A DNA stretch of 64,000 nt. Source: the human T2T-CHM13v2.0 reference genome, Homo sapiens. Location of the stretch: the NCBI RefSeq assembly GCF_009914755.1, contig NC_060937.1. One strand, given 5' to 3'. This document shows positions 52,939 to 64,000 of the stretch, piece after piece (the stretch's first letter is position 1; the number at the start of each line of letters is the position of its first letter). The notes beneath the pieces are model-generated. The model was not told the DNA's origin and searched no databases. It worked only from the letters and a program-made list of their open reading frames with translations. A program made the position numbers and the translations under genes.

Positions 52939-55139
52939 GTGAATAAATAACATTTCTTCATTTGAAACTGCCTATTTTCTCAAACTATTTAATCGAGAAT
53001 ACAACAAATTAAAGACATTATTTTTACTTAAAGAGAAATTTTTTTGTGATTTGTGTTTGTTACTAAATTAACTGTCAAATATAGTAACTAAATGGAAGGT
53101 AATGCTGAATTAATGCAAATGAAATTTGTTTAGAAGGTGAAAAAAGGGACAGAAAAGATAGCATCTAAAATGAATGGCAGGGTGAATAAGGATTTTTTTT
53201 GCTTATTTGTTTAGCTAGGAAAACATCTACATGGCATATTAGTAAAGCTTTAGATTCATCTTATATAACAAATATTAATTTCACATTATCATAAAGTTTA
53301 TCGTAAGTTTTATACCTTTCAAATGAATGTATTTTAAACTCTTATGTAGTTAAAATTAACTGTCTGGTTACATTTTATTATCTTAACGTTGCTAAATGCT
53401 ACTAATATTTTAAAATATTTACTAAGAGTTCATATTTTACTCTTTATGATGCAGATTAGAAAAAGAGTTATAGTGTGATAATATAATGAGCTTGGATATT
53501 TATTCAACAGTTCAGTTTACAGATGACTGTTCACATATACAGACCATTCTATTTCAGAATGCTTTTTACATTTTGCAGAAAAGAAAACTGAATAGTATAA
53601 CAAGTAATAAGAGAAGGAACTACATATAAAATTGAGGTCCTCTGGCTTTGTAGGTCATGAATATTCAAATACAGCCAGTTGGAAGGAGTCTTTAACACCC
53701 ATGACCTTGATGGTCAACAAATTGGAGTTTTAGTGCATACTTCTACCACAAATTAACTGTTAATTAACCTGCTTAGACAGTACATTCCTTGTTTGTGAAA
53801 TAATGATTGATATAAACATTGATTCTCATTCCTACTAGCTCTAAAATTATTCTGTGTAGCTGGAGCCCTACCATCTTCCTGCACATGTGTTACGGTATGA
53901 ATATGTTCAATGTAACAGCACATTTCCCTGCTTAAGTTCTGAACCAACTCATTCAAGTAGAATAAATGAAGAACATAAATATCATCTTTATTACTAATAC
54001 AGCTTGTATAGGATAACTTGCTCCACCACTGATAAGGAAAGGTAAAGTGTAAGAGAAAAGCCAGAGATCCTATGATAATTTATTAATATAGTCCTCTTCT
54101 TGAAATACCAAGAGTGAAATGTGTTTATCTCTTATTATTTTGTTAGATTATACACTTAACTCAAACCTAAATAATCCTACTGGAACTGCCAAAAGAGCGA
54201 ATAAAAACGACTGAGTTTCTTAAAAACCTGAATACATGTACACATTTATTCTATTTACTTCTTTCTCATTTGCCTTTTTTTTTAAACTACCTATTTCAGT
54301 CAAAAGTTACAATACCAAAGAACCTTTTTTTTCTTTTGGTTTGAAATGCATTTATTTATTCACATTAAAGACCAACCTCTCTATATTCACTGGAAATAGG
54401 CAATTTTTTAAATTTATATTATTCAAATATCTGTTTACTGAAAGATAGATTAACTAGATATTTTAGATTTTGTAAATGAGATATCTAGATTTAAATATCT
54501 AGATATTTTAAAAAATAAAAATATTAGTGGCAAAAAAGTTAAAAAAAGAAAATGGAGTAAAGAATAAACACATTTTAAATCTAAGAATAGACAGTAAAAA
54601 AATGAAAAATCACAAAGATATAATTTACAATATATTTTTGTAATAAAATACTTATTGAACATGTATAATATATTATATGTAATATATTATATATATTAAA
54701 TACATGTATAATGTATTAATCACTGTCCCAGGCACCTTGTGTAAAAGGTGGTATCTAACTTCAATGAAGAGGAGACTGACACTTAAGGTAACAATTTACT
54801 ACAGTTAGCTCAAATCGCTAACAAGTTTATGCATGTGCAACACTGCATAACTAGTGGTAAAACTCAGATAGAGTATATTTAACATCAGATATTAAAATAA
54901 ATAAGGCCTACGTATTTAAGATAAATAAGACATTAAAATAAACAAGGCCTATTTGTTAGAATTCTGTGTTTCACAAAGGGGAAAAATAAACATAACATCA
55001 GTCACATTTGGCCACCTATTTTCCCATGCCATTGAGCCATTCTACTGCATTATGGAATGGCTAGTAATTGATTTGATATTAATGATCGTTTTGAGGCCGT
55101 AATTTTTGTTATTGAGAGAGAAAGCCAAAGTTACAGAGA

Positions 55140-56010
55140 TTTTCTCCTCTGCTTTCTTTTATAAATTGTATGGTTTTAGATTTTAATTTTAAATCTTTGG
55201 GGCATTTAGAGATTAATTTTTTGAGTAAGGATGTGAAGGATGGGTTAATGTCTCTCTCCTCGTCTTTTTATACAGCAGATATCTGGTTGTTCCAGCATCA
55301 TTTCTTAAAAAGGCTTCCCTTTTCCATTTGAATTTCTTTAATACTTTTATTAAAAATCATCTGAAAATATGTAATTTGTATGTTTCTATATTTTCTATTT
55401 TGTTCCACTGACCTATATGTCAGTCTTTTTGCCAATAACATGTTGTCTTGATTAATGTAGCATTGTAATAACTCTTGAAATTAAAAGGTATTAATTATAT
55501 AAACTTTATTCTTTATAATTTCTTTCTCTAACCTAGATTACTTATACTTCTACAAAAATTATGTGTTTATTTATTTAACTTTTAAGTTTAGGGGTACAAG
55601 CTCAAGCTTGTTACTTAGGTAAACTTGTGTCATATAGGTTTGTTGTACAGATAATTTCATCAACGAAGTACTAAGCCTAGTACTCATTACTTATTTTTCC
55701 TGATCCTCTTCCTCCTCCCACCTTTCATCCTCTGAAATGGACCAGTGTGTGTTGTTCCACTCTATGTGTCCAAATTTATAATTAGCTTGTCAGTTACTAC
55801 ATTAAATAAATACCTGCCCAAAATTTTATTGTAATTTCACTGAATCTATAGATAATTTGGGAAAATTGATGTCTTAAAAAGCATTGAGTTTCCAAATCAT
55901 TAAATATGGTATATTTCTCCACTTAATTCTTCAATAATTTTTCAGCAATATTTGTAGGTTTAGTATAGCAGATTCAACATCTTTTTTGTTTAGTTAACTC
56001 CAAGTACTTT
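55140..56010 (-). mobile_element. Old L1M ORF2 fragment, interrupted by a younger L1PA13-like 3' end (~55566-55772, -)
   Basis: GATATCTGGTTGTTCCAGCATCATTT...TTCTATTTTGTTCCACTGACCTATAT; insert reads AACTTTTAAGTTTAGGGGTACA...GGTAAACTTGTGTCAT...CCTGATCCTCTTCCTCCTCCCACC. Confidence 0.8.
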
Positions 56011-56091
56011 TTCCTGAAAATTAGATACCTCAATTACTGTATCACTACAAACTTAAACTGCTTTTACATTACAGACTCATTCTCTTTTATC

Positions 56092-56142
<51 letters not shown>
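56092..56142. repeat. (TA)n(TG)n microsatellite
   Basis: Directly visible. Confidence 0.97.
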
Positions 56143-59032
56143 AATGTAAATTCTAATTAAAGCTCCTGAAACTATATTAAGATATTTGGATATAAATGCA
56201 ATACAATATTATTTTTAAATAAGCCAATTTCTAACAAAATGTATAACTAAAACTAGATCAAAATGTCTAAATGTATTTAAGAATCTATGAATGGACCACA
56301 ACTAAATCATGATAGGACACTGTTGAAAGAAGAAAGAAATCAAGTAATATGTTCCTGTAACCTTACAGTTATTACCAAGATATACGTGTAAAAATCAATT
56401 ATTTTTAAAAAGCCATTGAAAGAAATATAACAGATTATAAAATAAACATTGTCTTTTTTCATTTTAAAAGTTTTAAATGGTATAATGATATTTTACTTCC
56501 TTTGGTTACCATTTAGAGTGTTTAAGGAGTTTTATACCAGAAATATTAGCATTTCTAAACGTTCAAACTTCACATAAAGCAGTTGTCATTTTAAAATCAA
56601 TTACTGGGCTTTCTATCTCTCACATAAACTTGTTTGTTATTATATCGCTCAATTAAATTTAGAAGTACCCACTCTTAAGACCATTTGAATCAAAAGTACT
56701 AACCTTTTCTTTTGGTTTCTTTTATTTTTTTTCATCCTCTTTTCAGACAGGCAATCGAAAAGCATTATGGTAAAAGAAGGGAAATTTCACATTCTAACAT
56801 GGCCCATCAAATAGCTAACATTTTAGCTTTATGTATGAAACAGAAGGTTTTTAAAGTAACTTAAATGCATAGACTAGATAAAAATTATACAGTATAATAA
56901 CCATAAAGCCAGATTTTATACAGAGACAACAATACATACACACAAAAAAACATATTTGCTCTCTTTCACACACACATACACACACACACATCGTCATCAT
57001 CATTATCACCACAACCACTATGGCCAACATTTATTTTTAGAAATATAAATTCAGCTCAGTAATCTAGATATTTAATCATTAAAAAAATAAGTTTGGTTAA
57101 ATATTATATTTAATTCTGCTTATCTTAGAGAACACAGTTTCTGAAGAAAAGGAATAGCCAAAGTTAGCAGCCTGCTACTGTTTCATCTTTAAATCAGACT
57201 GTGGACTTCCCTCTACATGCCTGACCTTTTGTCTCATACATTACATCTACAATTAATGTGGTTCAGTGCCCCTCTTGTCAGTAGCTGCTAATGAGATTTA
57301 AAGCCATCTTTAGAACCAGCTTCAACAGCCTTAGTGTTATTTGACAGCATTTTTTGATCTGCTTTAGTATTAGGCATGTAAAAGGAACACACAAATTGAT
57401 GTTTGGCAGAGATGTCAATCAGGCATCTGATATATTCTTCCTGTTAAATTTAAATGTATTTTGATAAGATTTATGGCTGATGAAGATTCCTTAGCCTAGG
57501 AGTTTTCTTTTTATGATCACCTTTATGTTTGTTTATTTGTTTTTTGGTGTTTGCTTCAGTCTCATTCATAAAACTTAAAGATAAAGTGACTTAGAGTGAG
57601 TGTCAAAATAATTTTGAACAATCCCTAAACGAAATACAGTAGCAGTATAAAACTACATACTGTCTGTCAAGTACTTTAAATTTTTAGGATTCTTAATGTA
57701 TTAACATGTTTGTAGACTTACCAGACCAATATAAGCTTATAGTATTCTACAATTTTTAAAATATAATGCATGCATAATTTGTTGAAATTGTAAAGGTCCT
57801 TTTGGATATATAAGAAATATATATCTTTAGAAAAGAAAAAAAAATTCGATTTTTTCAAGCATTCAGTAAATACAAAAATGATATACAATATTTTCTTATC
57901 AGATTGGAAAAAAGAATGCAAAGGCACAATTCTATTATCCAATTTTAATGAGAACATAATTAGTATATAGATTTTTGAATGGTAAATTTTAATAAGTATG
58001 AGAAAAATTGAAAGTTTTATTAGTCTTTCAATCATATACTCCTCTCCAATGAATACATACTAAATAAATAACCCAGTTAAAGCAGAAGATTTATGTATAT
58101 ATCCATGTATTACATTATATTGCAGTTATTTTAAACAACAGTATATTAGAAATTAATATTTTGTTCAAAAATAAGGTCATAGTTATATACTACTGTACAT
58201 GTATAAGAGATACAATACATAGATAAGAAAGTATGATGCAGTATTTATAAATAGAAGTAAATGTTTAAATATTGGAAAGTGAAAATAAGTTCTTTCAAAA
58301 CTGTAAAGTTAGTGTAATCAGAATACTTGGAGAAATGTTAGATAGCTAGACAGGTAAGTAACAAACAGTTAAAACTACCATTAACTGTGTTATTTGTCAC
58401 TATTGGAATTATGAAGAATTTTCATTTTTACACAGTTTTTATGTATAAATTTTCTTTACTATGTATGCATGTCTTCAACAATCAGAAAAATAATGTATAT
58501 TAGATTCAAATCAAATCAAACAAATGTGAAACTTCCTACCTGACTCTCCCGTGTCTAGAGCCAGTTCTTCTATGGTTATTGGATCTTTCTTGCTGTCATT
58601 ATCTGCCCTGGGTGAAGCAACTGGTGCTAAAATGAATTTTTGTGTGTTAAGACATGATTATGATACCATCACTTCTTAAAGCCTACGTAGAATACATATC
58701 CCATCTTATAAGCTATCTCTTGTTGTTATTGTTGTTGTTGTTTTCCATAGTCAACATTTCAGGAATGAATCCGTAATGTGATTCATTTGTAGACAGATTA
58801 AGCCTCACAAAGATATAATACTACAAGGATTTACCACCTGTGATTTTTCTTTTAAAACATCTAAGAACCACAGTTGTCAAAAATAAGCAGGTGTCATCCA
58901 TCCAGTAGAAGCATTTTTGCATAACAAATATAAACTGGTTTTAAATTGGATGATATAACTATGACAAAGGTTTTTCCTGGATAATGCAACCCATATATAC
59001 CTTTTTAATCTAAATGATAATACATCCTGAAG

Positions 59033-59365
59033 CAGGGGTCAGTAAAATATACCCTGTATGCTATACATGGCTTATCTCTTGTTTTTGCAGAGCCCAGGAG
59101 ATAAAAATGGTCTTACATTTTTACATTCATGAAAAGAAATTAAAACAATAATTATCTTGTAACATGTGAAAATTATATGAAGTTCAAATTTCAGCATTCA
59201 CAAAGTTTTATTGAAATATAGCCACACTCAATATCTGCACATTGTCTATGACTGCTTTCACTCTACAACTGCAGAGTTGAGTAGTTAACACAGAGACCAT
59301 ATGTCCTGAAAAGTTGACAATGTTCACTCTCTGATCCTTTTTACAGAAAAATTTATCGATGCCTA
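59033..59365. mobile_element. MER58B-like hAT-Charlie element
   Basis: CAGGGGTCAGTAAAATAT...GTGAAAATTATATGAAGTTCAAATTTCAG...AAAGTTTTATTGAAATATAGCCACAC...GCAGAGTTGAGTAGTT...TTTACAGAAAAATTT. Confidence 0.85.
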
Positions 59366-60597
59366 CATTAAAGTAGATTGCTTGTGGAATTGATTCTGAG
59401 TCCACAAGAAATGCATAATGATTCTGGCTACAGAATATTTATTCTTGGTACCCCACCTGGACTTTTTACATGACATCTACATGAGTGATTTGAAGGTTTT
59501 ATTATGTCTTTTAGTCTTTTTAATACACGTATTATGATGCAATGTATTTAAGAAAATACACATTTTCTTTTGTTCCTTGAGAGAGTGGTACACTCCTGGC
59601 TCAGACTCTGTGATGTTGCAGTCTTATATTTTTCTAAATGAAGCCCTCTATCCAAAGTAGTGTTATTTTCACAGCTGTGTTTTTCTGGCTACAATAGCTT
59701 CTGACTGCTCAATTGCAATAGGAGATGAATTTTTAAGTATCTAGAATAAAATGAGTCTTTCTGTTTGGCATATTAATTTCTAACTATTCACTGTCCTATG
59801 ACATCTCAGTATACTATAAAAAGTCCCCTTGGAAACACAGCAAATGAGCATTATTCTTTGACCTGCACATGACTAATACTGTTGTTTTGTCTGTTACGTA
59901 AATCCAATTTGATTTTTTTCACAAACACTGGTTTCAGGAAAATAACTACAACCAGACATATTACCACACTTTTCTAGAGCCTTAAAAGCAAAACTCAACG
60001 ACAAGTAGTGCAACATTTGATCAAATATTGATAGAAGTATCTAGATATGCAAGTTTCTACAGAAGGATCAATGTACATTTATTATCTGCACTCACAATCT
60101 TCTACGAAACTTCAGGAATTTGACCATTTTCTTTTTTAGCTACAATGTATAAACGTGTATTTGTCACACACATAATCAATATCCAAACTTTTATACAAGT
60201 CAAAGTGAACATATTGTTATTTTCTTATTGACTGATGAAGTTATTAACATGAAAAGTCAATGTGACAGAAAAGTTATTGATATCTGAGACATTTGATGAT
60301 TAACTGATTTCTACCCAAACTAATTCTGTGATTCATTTTACATTTTGGAAAATACTTCACTATTAATTTTCCTATAGTAAACTTTCTATGGCATCGAAGA
60401 CATACTTTAACTTTGCTCTATTTTAAATATAATTTTTTTCAAACAAAATAATTACATGATATATTTACAAATTTGTTTGGAAGGACTTCTTATGATTTTT
60501 TTGTTAGGAAATTGAGATGTAACCAGACCCATTTACTGTTTCTAATTTCATCATCTGTGTATGTTTTCATTAATGGAAATTCATGTGGTTCCAGTAC

Positions 60598-61140
60598 TTG
60601 AGAACTTAGGAGATGAGGAAGGACACAGTGCAAGTCCCCTGGATTTTCTTTTTGTGTCCCTTAACCCAGACTGGAGACAATAGAAATTATAAATACAGAA
60701 ACACCATGGGCATAGTGATAATAAATTTCCAGTCTTCTAGGAAAGGGCAACCAAGCAACACAGAAAACTTACCACAAGTACCTCTGTATATCAGTAAAAC
60801 AACACGGAAAAAAATTGCAGTCCTACCTCAATTAGCAAAAGCAGAGAGGAAAAACTGGACAACCACCCTCTCCAGGCTTAAATGAGGCATGCTGATCTGT
60901 CCTCCAGTGTATGTCAGAGAAGCACAATTAAAGAACCGAGACTTTCATTTTTTTTTTTATATTAAGGAGATTGTCTTTTCACAGTGTCAGTGTAGACCAC
61001 GTGGAGAGACTGTAATTTTACCTGCAGCAGTGGTAACAAAGCACCTGTCCCCATCCCATAAGGGTGGTGTCAAAGGGGGGCTAGAGGAGAGTCAGATCCT
61101 TCACCATCACCCTGCAGTAACAAGGCCACTTCCTATCATA
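60598..61140 (+). mobile_element. Probable old L1M 5'UTR fragment
   Basis: Higher-GC block with repeated CCTGCAG(C/T)A...GTAACAA motifs, resembling L1M4-type 5'UTRs from memory only. Confidence 0.35.
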
Positions 61141-61144
61141 TTGT

Positions 61145-61650
61145 ATTGGAAATTAAAACTAACAACACTTAAAAAGCATTTATGAATTAATTTAACTATA
61201 AAATATGACTATTACTTGTTAAATAAAGAATATATTTTAACATAAGTATGTATTCAAAGTCAAATAAATGTAGTGACAAATGTGTCATTTAGTTATATTT
61301 ACAGAACTTCCTTAATATTAGGTTGGTGCAAAAGTAATTGAGGTTTTTGCCATTACTTTAAATGGCAAAACCCACAGTTACTAACGTCTCATAATTGTTT
61401 CTGCTTTTAATCACTTGTGCTGTATTATTTTAAATGAAGCACATAAATCAGACATTATAAGTGTATTCGTTTACATACATATAAATACATACATAAAATT
61501 GGAAATAATAATATTTTAGTAACTTTTCTGTGGCTTTAATGTTACATCAAACTTGATAAAGGCTGATTGTGATATTGGATTAAAAATCCATATAACAGAA
61601 GCTTTTTATACACTGTTGCATTAAAACCCATTAGTTTGCCTTGATTATTT
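61145..61650. mobile_element. Charlie1-like hAT DNA transposon fragment
   Basis: TAGTGACAAATGTGTCATT...TCTGCTTTTAATC...CATCAAACTTGATAAAGG...CTGTTGCATTAAAACCCATTAGTTTGCCTTG. Confidence 0.65.
61318..61384. mobile_element. MADE1 (Hsmar1 mariner MITE) with partly deleted right TIR
   Basis: TA|TTAGGTTGGTGCAAAAGTAATTGAGGTTTTTGCCATTACTTTAAATGGCAAAACCCACAGTTACTAA; the expected TTTTGCACCAACC is missing. Confidence 0.93.
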
Positions 61651-62999
61651 TTAAAGCAGAGTTGAGGTTGTGGACAATTTGTGTGTTTCTCAATGCTCCC
61701 AATGTCCTATAGTCTAATCTCCAAGATCAGAAGAAAATATCAATTCTCCTTAGCACTTGAGAATGCAAACACCCCACGCATCTGTCATATTCTAATACCA
61801 TCTAATTAAGGAAGGCCTTCATCACATGGTCTGCCCCTTAGTCAGGGATTTCATACAGAACTGCATTTGTAGAAAAAGAAAGGAATCATTTGTGAATCCT
61901 CAAAAAGTGGGAGTACTGATGACCTGGGCAGTACACACAGTGCTGTCACCTGACTTGCCCCCCACTGTGTGATGCTGCTATGTGTTTCTGCTTTTCTTCC
62001 TATTGTTTTTGCATAGTAAAGGGGAGTCCTGGTTAACTTGGATGCCCAGTCAAATATCTCTATGCACTCTATTCTTTAAATAAAGAGATTAAGTTGACTG
62101 GAGAGGCTAGTGAAAAGTGGAGATCTTTCATCCAAAAATATGAAAGATACTAAAATTAGTTAATCACACAAATTTTAAAGTAGTGAAAAGCCAGAGATCA
62201 CAAACAGTGTCTGAAATGTTTGCCAAAGCCAAAAGGTTAGGAACTGACACTGAAGGCCAGATTAAAGTACCAGATATTTGTATGCCTATGGGGGCATAGT
62301 CTGTGGGAGGGTTGGCTTCATATGAAGGGGTAGAGGTAGGATAGATATCTTAGGTGAAAATACATACAAGAACATGCATTTCTAGACTCAGTGCTCTAGA
62401 TATGATAACCGTGGTGAGTACTAACAAAATATAGTTAGTCATTTACATATTACTTATGTTCAGCCAAACTGATAACGTTTTTAAAAGAGTTACATCAAAC
62501 AATAACTCCCGAAAAGCACGTCATCTCTATCTACTCCCCTCCCCCATATATTGTCAGATATTTTTCACAGTGATATTTTTGACTTAGGTCTTTTATTTTT
62601 TTAATTTTGTTTTAATTTATATAATGTATTTGTGAATTTAAATCAAATAATGTAATCTTTTTTCTTTATTGTTATTTGTTTTTTGCTCACTTTCTATAAT
62701 ATTAAATCTCTCTGACTTACTGCAGTGATGACAAGATAAGAGCTTTAAAGAGTTTTAAAGGTAGAACCGTTTTTCTTTCTTTAGATCAAATAATATATTT
62801 TGCAGGGTTTTGCAAATATTGCTGGGGATTTTCCTCCAGCTTTTCTGATGTAAGTCATTAAATTGACCTCAAGAAAAGAGAATTTGTTCTTTTATTCTGG
62901 AAGCCGTTTCAGTATTTTGATAGACAGATAAAGTCTTTGTATTTTTCTAGAATTCTGGTCTATTTCCATATACTCAGGTGTTAATGAATTGAGATAATT

Positions 63000-63250
63000 C
63001 TGTTACGTCAGCTGTGGCCACAATTCTTATCCTGTGCTGTGTTTTGTGTTAGCAACTAGCAAGACTAAGCTCCAGCTACCCACAGTGGTTTGGTGATTTG
63101 CTTGATGATGCATCCTTTATTGATGGGGGCTTACTTCCAATTTTACTCATCTACTCCTCTAATGATGTTTCTTGATTTTCTTCCCAAGTATACTACTTCT
63201 GTTTGTATGCTCGTTTTAACATCTGCATCTGAGAGGTGAAAACTAAACCT
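63000..63250 (+). mobile_element. ERVL LTR (LTR16-like) 3' fragment
   Basis: CCTTTATTGATG...CTACTCCTCTAATGATGTTTCTTGATTTTCTTCCCAAGTATACTACTT...ATCTGCATCTGAGAGGTGAAAACTAA resembles the LTR16 terminus. Confidence 0.55.
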
Positions 63251-64000
63251 GCCACCGTTTTCAAATTTTTTTTATGTGGCAATAACTCAATAGCCCTAGT
63301 ACTTTATTTTCATGGTTCTCACCTAGGAGATTATCCAATTAGAACACTGTAAAGTCATTAAAATCCAAAAGCTAATGGAAATGGTCAGTGTAGACAGCAC
63401 ACTGTTGCCTATAGGCAGGAGTATTTGCAAGGACATAGAGAAAATCCTATGAGAAGAGGAATATACATCTCATTCAGATGCACAATTCATATACATAAAT
63501 GGTATATGGGTGGATGAAACTAGCCTTGACCTGCCATCATTATCCTTTAAAGTAGTTAACAGAGTAGGAGAGAAACTCATAGCATTATACTGGAAGAAAC
63601 ATTTACCTCTCAAATATAGTCTGGTTCAAATATTGTCTGACCCAGTAGAGACTTATTAGAATATATCATCTGATTTTGTAAGCCCCACTATAGATTAAAT
63701 TTATCACCAAGTGGACCTAGAATAACTTTAGCTCTAGGTAGCATCCACTTAAGAGGGGTCTGAGTATAGGGGAGTCAGGAATGATATGTGATCCGGCTCT
63801 GCAACACTGCTAAATACCATGCATTCATAGGTACTGTCTCTGCTAGAAAGAGAACAGTCAGTCTCTCAAGAACAACAGACACCCAACTTAGCATCTTTGT
63901 AAATATGTACCTCACTAGCTTTCATTATAGTGCAAGTTTATACATACATACACATGCATATGTGTTGTGTGTGTATTTTGAAAGATCTACATGTTCACTA

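Noticed and set aside
54478-54510. ATATCTAGAT repeat or palindrome
   Set aside because: It is short, AT-rich and low-complexity, so probably slippage.

Overview
This is AT-rich, CpG-poor primate (human-like) intergenic or deep-intronic DNA, made mostly of dead interspersed repeats. I can support no protein-coding gene, tRNA, rRNA or CRISPR array. The ORF-track hits are short: those with a recognisable product are L1, Alu, MaLR or microsatellite read-throughs, and the rest look like chance ORFs. Main elements: a near full-length old L1PA-type LINE-1 (~6.8-13.4 kb, +) with an Alu inside ORF1; ERVL pol (RT, YIDD) and protease relics; a complete THE1C MaLR provirus with a perfect 5-bp target-site duplication (TSD; 19440-21758); MST and MLT1 solo LTRs; several more L1 pieces, five Alus and a FLAM; MIR/L2 relics; DNA-transposon relics (MER3, MER5, MER6, MER58, Charlie1, MADE1); and microsatellites. 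Subfamily names come from recalled consensus sequences, not a database search, and boundaries of old repeats are approximate. Signals that annotated repeats do not explain: a 42-bp near-perfect inverted repeat (45283-45384); a templated inverted copy of an LTR end plus flank (16695-16765); a textbook branch point/polypyrimidine/AG acceptor (56697-56746); two further exon-like segments; and two enhancer-like motif clusters. I found no convincing new multi-gene system.
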